A DNA stretch of 64,000 bases from Podarcis cretensis. Lineage: Eukaryota. Shown in pieces: positions 26,407-38,798 of this stretch. The notes beneath the pieces are model-generated. The model saw only the letters and a program-made list of their open reading frames with translations, was not told the DNA's origin and made no database searches. A program made the position numbers and the translations under genes. How positions within the stretch are numbered: the stretch's first letter is position 1; each line of letters begins with the position of its first letter. The stretch spans positions 59,768,001-59,832,000 of the forward strand of contig OX638150.1 in NCBI GenBank assembly GCA_951804945.1. Direction: 5' to 3'.

Positions 26407-26507
26407 TCTGTATCTGAAGAAGTGTGCATGCACACGAAAGCTCATACCAAGAACTAACTTAGTTGGTCTTTAAGGTGCTACTGGAAGGAATTTTTTTATT
26501 TTGTTTT
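26407..26507 (+). mobile_element. Short Penelope-like insertion
   Basis: 12-bp TSD CATTTATGCAAA at 26395-26406 and 26508-26519. The body resembles squamate Penelope terminal-repeat sequence (recognised from memory) and carries a hammerhead motif. Confidence 0.7.
26410..26447 (+). ncRNA. Minimal type I hammerhead ribozyme motif
   Basis: Helix I GUAU/AUAC; core CUGAAGA (26414-26420) plus one extra A; helix II GUGUG-CAUG-CACAC; GAAA (26436-26439); palindromic AGCU mini helix III; cleavage triplet CUC, cut after 26443. Confidence 0.75.
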
Positions 26508-26718
26508 CATTTATGCAAAGCAATTTCCCCCGACGTAATGCGTTTCTCTGTGTTATTTTCACGGGTATATATGCATTTGTATGGGCACTTTATATTAGTA
26601 TATGCAGTTTTGCAGGCATTACCTGAGTGGGCAAATGCACCGCAAAATTCGGAGAAGTGCTCATTTGGAAAAAATGCTTGTGTTTCCATTCACATCTTGT
26701 TTTGTGATATGTGAATTA

Positions 26719-26960
26719 CAGTGGTACCTCAGGTTAAGTACTTAATGCGTTCCGGAGGTCCGTACTTAACCTGAAACTGTTCTTAACCTGAAGCACCACT
26801 TTAGCTAATGGGGCCTCCTGCTGCCGCCGCGCCGCTGGAGCATGATTTCTGTTCTCATCCTGAAGCAAAGTTCTTAACCTGAAGCACTATTTCTGGGTTA
26901 GCGGAGTCTGTAATCTGAAGCGTATGTAGCCTGAAGCGTATGTAACCCGAGGTACCACTG
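26719..26960. mobile_element. Tc1/mariner-type MITE
   Basis: TA|CAGTGGTACCTC...GAGGTACCACTG|TA, 242 bp. Confidence 0.9.
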
Positions 26961-27112
26961 TAGGTACGTTCACTTTCAAATGCAAATGGAATAGAATTTC
27001 TCCCTGCTCTTTAGGCCCAGCTGAGTGTGTGCAGATATACTCCCTAAGTCTTACATTAATTTCATTTGGAGTACTCTCTCTCTCCAATAAGAACATGGCA
27101 ATTAAACATATG

Positions 27113-27354
27113 CAGTGGTACCTAGGGTTACATACGCTTCAGGTTACATACGCTTCAGGTTACAGACTCCACTAACCCAGACATAGTACCTTGGGTTAAG
27201 AACTTTGCTTCAGGATGAGAACATAAATTGTGTGGCAGCGGCACAGCGGCAGCAGGAGGCCCCATTAGCTAAAGTGGTGCTTCAGGTTAAGAACAGTTTC
27301 AGGTTAAGAACAGACCTCCGGAACGAATTAAGTACTTAACCCGAGGTACCACTG
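27113..27354. mobile_element. Tc1/mariner-type MITE, inverted relative to 26719-26960
   Basis: CAGTGGTACCT...GAGGTACCACTG|TA, 242 bp, near reverse complement of its neighbour. Confidence 0.9.
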
Positions 27355-29292
27355 TATCTCTCATGCGCTTTATCTCTCATAGCCAGTGTCTCCTTTGTCA
27401 CATGCTTTTATCAAACGTGTTCCTATAGCCAGCTCTGCAGCCCCTCCAAGTTGTGTAGGGTACACCATTATCAAAACCTTAAACTTGGCCCGGTAATATA
27501 TTGGCCCTCTCATACCATTTGATCCGTTCCTACAATCTTGACCTGTGGTTGAGTCTAAAGCAGAGCAAAGATCTGCCATTTCCCAGTGAGAGGGAAGCTT
27601 CAGCCCATTTCATATGGAAAAAAGTAAAATCATCTATATACATTGGATGGGAGTGGCTTCTGTGGACTGTAAAAAAAAAAAAAGAGGTGGGAGAAGAAGC
27701 TGTGAAAAGGTTCTATACCCAAGGGATATAGACAATTACAAATGACAGCGTACTGGAAAGTATTTCTCCAGCCAAACAATCTGTAAATTTAGTCTGACTC
27801 ATCTGAAACCAGACTAACAAGATGAGTTACCTCTTGTAATAAAAGAGTCCAACACATAAATATTCTTTTCAAGTAGCCACATTACTCTATGCGTAAAACA
27901 TGTTTCAAAGCCTGCTGTGGGTATTTTCCATGAAAGTACAATCTAAGCACAATAATCCCAAGCTACTTTTGCTATGTAACATCTGCTCTCAATTTTCATG
28001 TGATTTATGTTACCATATTGAAAATAATATATAGGCTGAAAACCTAGCCTTGTGTTAAATAAAACCAAAAATTAACAAAATCCTTCATATTACTTCTTAT
28101 GCACCAAATGTGTGTGTTTTGCACATTTACAGTCTGTGTGTTGAGGTGTGTGTGTGTTTTGCTTTGCGACTTGTGTTCAATTAACTTGTGTTAATTGAAA
28201 TTGTTAGATAATTTTATGACAAGCTTTTGCATATAAAAACATTAAGGGGGCATATTTTGACATCATGCTTCAGTGCTGCTACTGCTGAGGGTCCTGTTTA
28301 TTTAGTGCAGCGGTGTGTGTTAAGAAGACTGATGCAGAGTGTTTCTGCAACAGCCTATAATCACTCTAAAGTCAACTTCACCATACATAGTTTATAATGA
28401 TTTAATGCCAGCTTACATGTCATGCCTTCCCCCAAGGAATCCTGGGAACTGTACTGTAGTTTGTTAGGGGTACTGAGAATTATTTCCAGGAGATCCTAAC
28501 CCAAGGAAGAAGAGTTCCTTGGAGAGAGAAGAGAAATGATGATTAAACTAGTAGTGTAGATATGCCCTGGAAAGGACATAGAAAGAGAATATGTTTGTTA
28601 TGTCTGCTGTCATGATTTCTTCATCCTCTTTCTTTCGTCATAGTCTCATATTGTTTATATTCAGCAGCCTTTACTGCTGCCACATCATGTTCTAATATTA
28701 TACAAAGAAATTGCTTACATCACTTCCTAAAATGGACACATGAGTTACCGTCTCACATTTACCCTTAATGGGTTCAGTTGGGGATGTAAATTAAAAGCAG
28801 TCCTTCAGATGCAGACTTCAATAGCACCAAGTCTTCTATTCTTGGAATGCAAATGGGTTGAGATTATAGATTGCATAATAACACGATCTGAATGTTTGTC
28901 TTGTTTTTTTTTTCTTTTTTAAACAAAAGACATTTATTAGACAGCGCTATGACATGTGCTTATGCTGAAAATAAGATGAAGGCATTCATGTGGTCCCGTG
29001 GCATTTTCCCAGAAAGTTGGGATTTAATGTTCTGTGTCCACAAATGAAATGAAAGGAACACATTAAATGGGAAATGGATGAGTTTCTCCCAATTGCTGTG
29101 TTACCAAAAGCTTCTGTACTGCGTTAGCAGTGATGTACTGAAATCCAAAGCACAATGGCTTCATACATTTAAAGCTCATTTCTGACTTCCATCCAAGAAT
29201 TCTGGGAACTGCAGTTTGTTAAAGGTGCTGGAAATTTTAGCTCTGGGAGGAATAAACTAGTTTTCATGATTCTTGGATGTGCATGCTCTTTA

Positions 29293-29649
29293 AGGTAAAG
29301 GTAAAGGTAAAGGTACCCCTGCCTGTACGGGCCAGTCTTGACAGACTCTAGGGTTGTGCGCTTATCTCACTCTAAAGGCCGGGAGCCAGCGCTGTCTGCA
29401 GACACTTCCGGGTCACGTGGCCAGCATGACAAGCTGCATCTGGCGAGCCAGCGCAGCACATGGAAACGCCGTTTACCTTCCCGCTGGTATTTATCTTCTT
29501 GCACCCGGGGGTGCTTTCAAACTGCTAGGTTGGCAGGCGCTGGGACCGAACGACGGGAGCGCACCCCGCCGCGCGGATTCGAACCGCCAACCATGCGATC
29601 AGCAAGTCCTAGGCGCTGAGGTTTTACCCACAGCGCCACCCGCGTCCCA
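29293..29649 (-). mobile_element. Sauria SINE (subfamily A), nested in a MITE
   Basis: (AAAGGT)n tail and complete head. TSD TGCATGCTCTTTA at 29280-29292 and 29650-29662. Confidence 0.92.
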
Positions 29650-31212
29650 TGCATGCTCTTTACGTGTGCTTTAAATGTATGGTGTGTACACCACCAGTCT
29701 TAGTATCATTTGTGAATGCACTCCTGGCATGTGTGTCGTTTATTAGCCTTTTGGGCTTGCTACATCAAGAACTACCTGAGCCAGCTCTCAGACACCATGC
29801 TTTAAGCTTCAGTTTTGCACTGCAAGCAGCAGACTGATACATGGCAGCTGGCCCAGCTGCAGCAAGTCTCCCCAGAAGCAGCTTCACTGCCACTTAGTGG
29901 AAGCAGGAGAGGCAAGGTAGGGTTGGGGCCATGTGGAAGCCCTGATGGGAGCACCAGTTTGGCCAATGCACCCGTGAAGCCCCAACCTCACCAGTAACTC
30001 ATCCCCTCTTCCATTAAGCAAAAATTATGCTGTTTCCAGGTGACGATGGCTGCGTCCTGTGTGTGACTTCCTTTTCATGATACTTCCCCCCAAAGAGTGT
30101 AAGCTTCACTCGGGTCTTGGATGGCATATTTTATGGTATCGGGTTTATAATTCAATGGAAGGAAGTTTGTATCACTCTCCATTTTTATTCAGAGGCTATA
30201 AACCTCTAGCGATTATTGCGCAAACGCACCAGCTTCTGGAAATATGTTCGTGCATTCCGTTCCTCACACTGTTTTGTTTTGAGCCACATGTCCCTTAGGT
30301 CACCTTTGGGAATTAAATCAAGGCAGGATGGGTTCCAGTTGCGGGGGGCGGGGGAATAAGAGCTTTGTAAACCTCCCATCCCCATCATTCAGCAGAGGTT
30401 TGTACAGATGATTTATATTAATGGTAATGGAAATTAAGCATGTAGAAGCCACAGGACTAAGACAAGGAACTTGTGTCAAAAAGTCCAGACAGTAAATTTA
30501 TAGTAGAATGTGAAGAATTCCATCAGAACACATTTCAAGATTGTCTTTTGTACAAACTGACATAGTGCCTTAAGTGCTCAAGGACACAAAGCCTGAAGTA
30601 GTTTCTCTCATCAAAAAGGAGAGACTTTATGAAGCGGAACATAAGCTACATCTTATTAGGCATGAGAAAGTCAAATAATATTTTTCAAATTACATAGAAG
30701 GAAAAAGCTTTGGCATTTCAAGTGAATATTATTGCCAATAGAATATGAGCTATTGTATTGGATATTATTTGCTCATATAAAATATAGGTGGTGGTTAGCA
30801 GAGGGAACTGGATAGATTTTTCTTTTGTCCCTTCACAAATCTCAACAGAAAAAATGGGGGGGGGGGGTGGTTGCCAGGATCTGGGTTTGATCAGATATTA
30901 AAGGATTGCTCTGGGACTAAAACTCAGAATCAAAATCCAAAACCAAAGTGGGCCAGGCCATTTTTCTTTTGGACTTGATCAGAGCTTTGCTTTTCCATGT
31001 AGGGTGGCACTTTCATAGAAGGGAATCTACCACCAAGAACACTCTGCTCTCTAGGTCTGGTTAACATAAAATGCCAAACCATGGTTTTCTAAACATATCA
31101 TAAGTAAACCACAGTTGTCCCCCAGATAGCAAGCAAATGTTGGCTTGTTCCTCTGAAGTTTTCATGCTCTTTTCTTGTAGTTTTGTAGCTTAGGGAGTGG
31201 CTGGGGTGGAGT

Positions 31213-31215
<3 letters not shown>

Positions 31216-31245
<30 letters not shown>
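31216..31245. repeat. Poly(A) run of about 30 nt
   Basis: Read directly. Confidence 0.9.
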
Positions 31246-31247
<2 letters not shown>

Positions 31248-31850
31248 TTAAGGAGAGGTGGTGGGTTCACATGTAACACCAAGCCATAGTTAAACCAAGG
31301 TCCATGAGCCGATAACAAACCATGGCTCCATATCATGGTTTGTTTGTAGTGAACAAGGCATCGTTAAGCCAATGGGCAGGGTTCAGCCCAAATGCTAAGT
31401 CATGGTTTAATAAACCGCAGTTCAGTAAACCAAGGCTTAGCATTATGTGCAGAAAACGTCTGCACAGATGTTACCATTCAGGTAGACTGAGACCAAGCAT
31501 GCCTTTGGCCTAATTGAGGAGATTAGATTTATAGGAAGAGGTGCTCCCTAAACATTGTGACATGCATGTGGGAATAAGCACATTAAGTAGAACAAAATCT
31601 AATAAAGTGCCAAGATAGTGTTCTAGGATGGGGCCTCTTTTTCCTTCCAGGTTGGAGGGGGCCTGGGCAAAGTGTTTTCTAGAGGACCCCCTCCTCTGTC
31701 AATAGGCCCAAGTGGCTCCCCTACAACTCCCCAGAGTGACGCTAGGTGAGGGGCATTGTGGGAAATCAAAAGGTGGCTAGAGCCAGCCTCCTGGCAGTAC
31801 TCAGGGCACCAGGTCACACACACAATAAATAATGGGCTCTAGAGAAAGTA

Positions 31851-32313
31851 AGGTCCATATAGTTAAAGCTATGGTTTTCCCAGTAGTGATGTATGGAAGT
31901 CACAGCTGGACCATAAAGAAGGCTGATCGCCGAAGAATTGATGCTTTTGAATTATGATGTTGAAGGAGACTCTTGAGAGTCCCATGGACTGCAAGAAGAT
32001 CAAACCTATCCATTCTTAAGGAAATCAGCCCTGGGTGCTCACTGGAAGGACAGATCGTGAAGCTGAGGCTCCAATACTTTGGCCACCTCATGGGAAGAGA
32101 AGACTCCCTGGAAAAGACCCTGATGTTGGGAAAGATGGAGGGCACAAGGAGAAGGGGATGACGGAGGACGAGATGGTTGGACAGTGTTCTCGAAGCTACC
32201 AGCATGAGTTTGACCAAACTGCGGGAGGCAGTGGAAGACAGGAGTGTCTGGCGTGCTCTGGTCCATGGGGTCACAAAGAGTTGGACACGACTAAACGACT
32301 AACCAACAACAAC
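31851..32313 (+). mobile_element. Bov-B (RTE) LINE 3' fragment
   Basis: Encodes RVPWTARRSNLSILKEISPGCSLEGQIVKLRLQYFGHLM; (CAA)n tail. TSD AGAGAAAGTA at 31841-31850 and 32314-32323. Confidence 0.93.
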
Positions 32314-33862
32314 AGAGAAAGTATTGGTAGTGGACCCTGCCACTATGCTGCGGCCCCAACAGCCTCCCAAGGGTGCTAGGTGCTGACACCAGCTTTCTTT
32401 CTTTTTCTTTTTCTTTTGAAACCAAATTTATCTGAGGGAACTTCACTTTCAAGATATGATGAGCACTGCAGCATAACTTTAGTAAAGTATTCATGCAGGA
32501 GCCATTTTGCTAAGAGTTTGATTGATTTGCTTGCAACAGGAAAAAGAAACACTCCTGCAAAATCACTTTGGCGTTTTTAGTGAAAACGTAGAAGGAAATC
32601 ATATGCTGCCTCCCAGGGAACGGTAGCTGTCATTACCAAAGAGGGAGCCACTTGTCATGAGCTCATGTCAGTGTGTGGCAACCTCCTTGCACTTAACATC
32701 TGGAAATTATTTATGAGAAAAATCTTATTAAGTCCTAGGCCACCGTGGCAATGCTAATTTAATTCATTTCTACCCCTTTTGGATTCACCAGCTAACATTC
32801 TGGCAACAGAATTCAAATGCAAGGAAGAGATGCCAACAACACGGAAGTTAGGAAATAAATGTTATTTGAACCCACAACGTATATAAGTACTAAAAGAATA
32901 CAGCGTAATGGTTAATCAAGAAACCATATGAAAAGGAAACAGATTACGGAACTGGAATAGGTGGGGAAATGTCTCTCAAATGACTTGTCCCAGGGAATGG
33001 AATGCGAAGAGCTCATAAAAAGAGGAACTGGCCTAGCTTTTGCTACATTTGGAAAAACGAGGAAAACTTGGAAGGCAAAAACATAATGAAAAAAACAAAA
33101 TCCCGTATAGATGAGCTATTTGCTGTGCTGATATTGGCGTGGGGGCCAGCTTCCTAATGCCTGAAAGAAATGAAAAATAAAAGTTAGGGTTGCTTAAATC
33201 CTCAAGAAAACCAATGGGATTTAAATCTGCACATAAGCAGTGCCAGGGCCATTCATTTTGGTGGTGTCCTACTTACTAGGAACGCTGTCCAGAGGTTGCA
33301 GCAAGTTATGCATGCTTAAGACTCATGGCATTAGGATATGCACCTGGAGGTTGCAACCACTGATTTACACTGAGGAAAAGCAAAAGAAAGGTGGTGATGG
33401 CAAAGCAACTGTGATTTCACAAATGCACAAACATGCACACAAATGGCCTCTATGCTGTGGCCAAACACCAGGAAGGAAATTGGGAAGGATTTTCAAATGC
33501 CTTTCAGCTAACAAGGATAAGGGAGGGAGAACAGGTAGGAACTCCATCCTCATCTTCAGGTTCACCAGATGCTGATCAGCCTTGGTCTAGATGGCAGCAA
33601 TCGACTGCATACAAGGCATTTTATTGCCTAGCCAACATTTTGAATACCATCAATAGCACCTCTTTATTTAAACATATTCAGACATAAATCATAGTAGGGA
33701 AACACCTGGCTGCTTCTCTGGACTACATATAGCTGACAGCAGTCTTTATAAACCAGATCTCCAGAATGCTTATGTTTGTTTTGGATTAGGACCTGCCTAA
33801 GTCAGTGTGCTGCAAGTCAGAAATGCATGAAATTCCCACATGCCAGCACTACACTCTACACC

Positions 33863-34242
33863 TGAAGAGAATGGGAACTGGTAAAGAGGAGACTGAAAGG
33901 AGCTATGATAACCATCTTCAAATATCTCAAGGGCTGTCACATGGAAGATGGAGCAAGCCTGTTATCTTCTGCTCCGGAGGCTAGGACTGGAACCAATGGA
34001 TTCAAGATACAAGAAAGGAGATTCCAACTAAAGATCAGGAAGAACTTTCTGACAATAAGAGCTGTTCGACAGTGAAGCAGACTCCCATGAGAAGTAGTGG
34101 ACTCTCCTTCTTTGGAAGTTGTTACGCAGAGGTTGGATGGCCATCTGTCATGTATGATCTAGTTGAGAGTTCTACATTGCAAGGCATTGGACTAGATGAC
34201 CCTTGGAGTCCCTTCCAACTCTTCAAATCTATGATTCTATGA
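33863..34242 (+). mobile_element. CR1 LINE 3' fragment
   Basis: ATCTTCAAATATCTCAAGGGCTGTCA...GGACTAGATGACCCTTGGAGTCCCTTCCAACTC, ending in the ATTCTATG-type repeats characteristic of CR1. Confidence 0.88.
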
Positions 34243-34304
34243 AACATCGATCTGGAAACATTGTGTTGAAAATGATAGCAGGTCAATGGCTTCTTTATTT
34301 TTTA

Positions 34305-34665
34305 AAGGTAAAGGTACCCCTGACTGTTAGGTCCAGTCACGGACGACTCTGGGGTTGCTGCGCTCATCTCGCTCTATAGGCCAAGGGAGCTGGCGTTTGT
34401 CTGCAGACGGCTTCCGGGTCATGTGGCCAGCATGACTAAGCTGCTTCTGGCGAACCAGAGCAGCGCACAGAAACACCGTTTACCTTCCCACCGGAGCAGT
34501 ACCTATTTATCTACTTGCACTTTGATGTGCTTTCGAACTGCTAGGTTGGCAGGAGCAGGGACTGAACAACGGGAGCTCACCCTGTCGCAGGGATTCAAAC
34601 CGCCGACCTTCCAATCAGCAAGCCCTAGGCTCAGTGGTTTACACCACAGCGCCACCCATGTCCCC
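34305..34665 (-). mobile_element. Sauria SINE (subfamily B)
   Basis: Complete element. TSD TCTTTATTTTTTA at 34292-34304 and 34666-34678. Confidence 0.92.
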
Positions 34666-36271
34666 TCTTTATTTTTTACATCTGTGCTTATCAGGAATGT
34701 GGATAATATACTGTAAACACCAGTTTCAGCTTGAGGCCAACATGTAATACAATGAGCTTTGGACCAAATGTGGCCGAGGCTGTCCAATCTCTACAAATGG
34801 CCCAAGTATTCCAGTAACTGACCATCAGTCTTATTCAGTATCTAATGACTGATAACTCTTTCAAGCCCATTTTTGTGTCTTGTTCCAGCCAACACACATG
34901 GGCCCTTTCAATGTATTTCCATGCATCCAATCAGTTTTCTAATTGATTAAACATGTGTCTAGACTGAGATACAACACCTCTTGAGGAATGTAGCACATTG
35001 TGCACTGCAAACCATTACATGCTGTTGAGTAGTTATTTGGAACTATGCTGACCTGTTCGTGAGATCCTTTCAACATAGGCAAAACCACTGAAAAGATCAA
35101 AACACGTCAAAGATGGTCCTGACTTTTTACCTCTTCTACTGTCTAGGAAAGTCCTAGCAAAAGAGGATATGGCAAAGAATGACGTCAGCTCTTCATATAG
35201 TTCGAAAAATTCAAACCATATGACTTCAAACGCCACAGTCTCTTGTGGCATTGTCAGGCAAGAAAAGCAGAATCTAATTTGCGTGTTCTGTTTATTTTAC
35301 AATTTAACGGACACAAAAGAACCTTAATTAGCACATCTCAGAGGTATAATGAACTGCAGAAGTGATGGTTCAGTTTGCCAACATACCATTCAGAAAGCGA
35401 TTTTGCAGGTTCAGATGAGTAAAAGTAATAAACACCAAATCTGTCTGTTTTGATCATGCAGTGAAATATAGATGAATTCTACTAGAATTCTCTGTCGGTT
35501 ACATCATGCTATTCATGTATCGTATATAAGAGTTGATGACTTTTTAAAAATGTAACCGTAGAAATTTATTTTCCCTTGGTATAAGAAAAAGACTGCAGCA
35601 GTCTGCTATACTGACACTTTCTGGGACTTGGGTTATACACTTTTTTAGGGTGGGGAAAAAACACAGTGCAGTAAGACCTACAAGTTCCACATGGAAATGT
35701 AGCTTATTATTCTCAGTATGTATAATACATTGCTTTATGGAGTCACCAGATTGCCAGCAGTGGATGGAAAGGGAGGGTATGTACTTGTCAAACATAATAG
35801 GTGAAGTATGGGGAATATTTTCTAAATTATATTGTGGGACTGAAATGCTTTCTGACCATGGCAGGTGGGTGTCAAGGATAAAAGCACTTAGATAACTTCC
35901 TGATGAACAAACTAGTTCTAATCACAATTATGCTGGTTGTAACTGAGGTAGCAAAGGATTTAAAATTGACCTAAAATTGTCTTGCCCCAGCTACACACAA
36001 AAAGCCTGAGGTCAATGCTCCTACCTCCATCTATCTTATGTTGACTTGGGTAGAAATTTGTTTTATTGTTTAATGAGACCATTTCACAACTAGGGAAATT
36101 ATGTTTATACGAGCCCATTATGTGGCTGGTGGAGTGGGGTGAGGGAATGTTATGTGCCCAATGGCTGGGCTCACTTGTTTAATCAAAATCAATGAACCCT
36201 TGTCTTAAAGTAAGAGACAATGCCCTAATAAATTGGAATAGGTTCTATTATTCTAAGTAACTCCCAGATGC

Positions 36272-36636
36272 AAGGGATGTGGGTGGCGCTGTGGGGTAAA
36301 CCACAGAGCCTAGGACTTGCCGATCAGAAGGTCGGCGGTTCGAATCCCCGCGACGGGGTGAGCTCCTGTTGCTCAGTCCCTGCTCCTGCCAACCTAGCAG
36401 TTCGAAAGCACGTCAAAGTGCAAGTAGATAATAGAGGTACCGCTCCGGCGGGAAGGAAAATGGTGTTTCCATGCACTGCTCTGGTTCACCAGAAGCGGCT
36501 TAGTCATGCTGGCCACATGACCCGGAAGCTATACGCCGGCTCCCTTGGCCAATAAAGCGAGATGAGCACCGCAACCCCAGAGTCGGTCACGACTGGACCT
36601 AATGCTCAGGGGTCCCTTTACCTTTACCTTTACCTT
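36272..36636 (+). mobile_element. Sauria SINE (subfamily B)
   Basis: Complete element with (ACCTTT)n tail. TSD TAACTCCCAGATGC at 36258-36271 and 36637-36650. Confidence 0.92.
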
Positions 36637-37197
36637 TAACTCCCAGATGCCCCCAGCAGCAGATTCTGAAAGGCAATGGTGGCAACCCTTAGCCATTCTT
36701 CCTTAGCTCTCCAGCCATTCTCTTCAGTAGCCTTTGCTCGGGTTTAGCAAAGGGTGCTATCTCATCACTAGGGTGGAAATAAGACTGTCCAGTCAGGCTG
36801 TGAGGCACCATCATGCTCTTTGCCTCAGGCTTCAAAATGCCTTAGGCCAGCCCATGAAAGCACCATTACCTAAAGAAAGAGAGACTCAATATTACTACCT
36901 GGTTAACCATTAAACCATTAAACAATGGATTGGTTACGAAAAATGTAGCACATTTTATGAAAACACAGCTGATTAAGAGAGCAGTGAAGGAATAGTTCTA
37001 ATATTCTTTGTCTTCCCAGTTCTTTTATAAGGAACTTTTACAAACCTCCTAAACAGGCTTCTCTGTGATTTCTCTTCCTTATGAGCAGCATCTTTCCCCA
37101 ATTATCTGCTTAACCATAATCTACAAAATCAGTCTTGTTAAATTAAACCATATGTTTTCCGAATTCAAAGATAGGACTTAGACTGCATGTGTCGACT

Positions 37198-37199
<2 letters not shown>

Positions 37200-37230
<31 letters not shown>
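37200..37230. repeat. (CA)n microsatellite
   Basis: About 15 units, read directly. Confidence 0.95.
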
Positions 37231-37232
<2 letters not shown>

Positions 37233-37701
37233 GTTCCTGTGGCTAGCTGAAGTTGTTCTCAATGTAAGGCCCAAGGGTGAAGAGAAGGAGATGGCTGGCT
37301 GCCATTTTTCCACTCTCGGAGCCTGGACCAGCCTTAGAAAGTCTAACATGATGATGTAATGGAGCAAAGGAAAGAGCTCTGCATTAAACATCTCAGTGTC
37401 CAAAAAAATAATTAAATAAATAGACACTTGGCACCCCAAAGCTCAAACACATTGAGGTTAAAAAGGATCCAGACTTACACTATAAACACACCGTGAAGGA
37501 AGGTTGCTTGGAAATTAGTGCAATTTTTTCCTAACATATAGGTGCCAGAGACATGGCACTTGAGACAGTATGGGTGGGCCCCCAAAATCAAAATGGCACT
37601 GTTAAATGACACACACCCATTGCTAAGAACAGGGCAGGTGTCACCCCCTGGCATCCATGAGTCATTGGCAGGGTCAATCCTAATGCCTGTCCTCAGTCCC
37701 T

Positions 37702-37702
37702 A

Positions 37703-37742
<40 letters not shown>
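37702..37742. repeat. (TAA)n microsatellite
   Basis: About 13 units, read directly. Confidence 0.95.
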
Positions 37743-38131
37743 TGACCTAGCATTTTAAGTAGTGCTGGATAGACAGCTGGGTCGAGCTGACATTTTTAAT
37801 TTTACATAGTGCTCCTGGTGTAGCATCACTCTGAGGGGTTGTGGAATATGAGAATGGTAGCCAGATCCAACCATCCAGTGCTACTTGGATAACTGCTACT
37901 GCCACCAGAAAATCCTGCTGGCACCCACTGATAGAGAGGAGCTAAAACCATAAAGCACTTTGCCCAGGAGCCTTGCAATCGAGTGCTTGACAAAACGAGT
38001 GCCTCCTCCAAATTGTCATTATTTTGCAGGAGGGATTCAAGCCCATACCAGAACATTAAAGCGATCAAAATGTTCTGTCGCCCTAGTTTAACATATACAC
38101 TTAAAAACAAAGTCTTTTGGTGGGTTTAGAA

Positions 38132-38267
38132 AAGGCATAGGCAAACTTGGCCCTCCAGATGTTTTGGGACTACAGTTCCCATAATCCCTGACCACTGGTC
38201 CCGTTAGCTAGGGATCATGGGAGTTGTAGTCCCAAAACATCTGGACGGCCGAGTTTGCCTATGCCTG
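38132..38267. mobile_element. Palindromic hAT-type MITE (136 bp)
   Basis: Arms AGGCATAGGCAAACT..CCAGATGTTTTGGGACTACA.TTCCCAT and ATGGGAGTTGTAGTCCCAAAACATCTGG..AGTTTGCCTATGCCTG. 8-bp TSD GTTTAGAA at 38124-38131 and 38268-38275. Confidence 0.9.
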
Positions 38268-38671
38268 GTTTAGAAAGTGATGGGGGAATGCACTGAAAAG
38301 TGTAGGATGGCCAAAAGGCCAATGCGAATATGTGCAGGTACCCTGTAAGGAAAGTAGTACAGATGCAGGATGAATTCTGAACTGCCCCAGAATCCAATCA
38401 GAAGGAAAGCTTGATAAAGGCTGGACCACTGCATGAGTGCTGTGCAAGCAAATGGGGGCACATGCTGAACAAAAGGTTGTCTGGAAGACTGCTATGTCTT
38501 TCATTGCCAGATGGTGAGAGCAAACATCTAAAACAGTTGACAGCAAAGCAGTACTTTAAGACAGAAGTCCAGGGCCTGCTCAGCTGAATGAACAGGAGTT
38601 GGGAAGAGGGAATGCAACAGGGCTGGCTTACGGCATTAAATGAAGTAATGCATGCTATCATCTACCTCCTT

Positions 38672-38798
38672 CTACATCATACATTTAAAGCACATGACCA
38701 AAGAATCATGGGAACTGTAGCTTGTTAAGGGGGTTGAGAATTGTAGCTTCTTTGGAGGAAGCTATGACCTTTAAGTGTGCTTTAAATGTATGGTGTAG
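38672..38798. mobile_element. Old palindromic MITE (same family as the host element at ~29160-29687)
   Basis: Inverted arms CATACATTTAAAGCACA and TGTGCTTTAAATGTATG. Confidence 0.6.
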
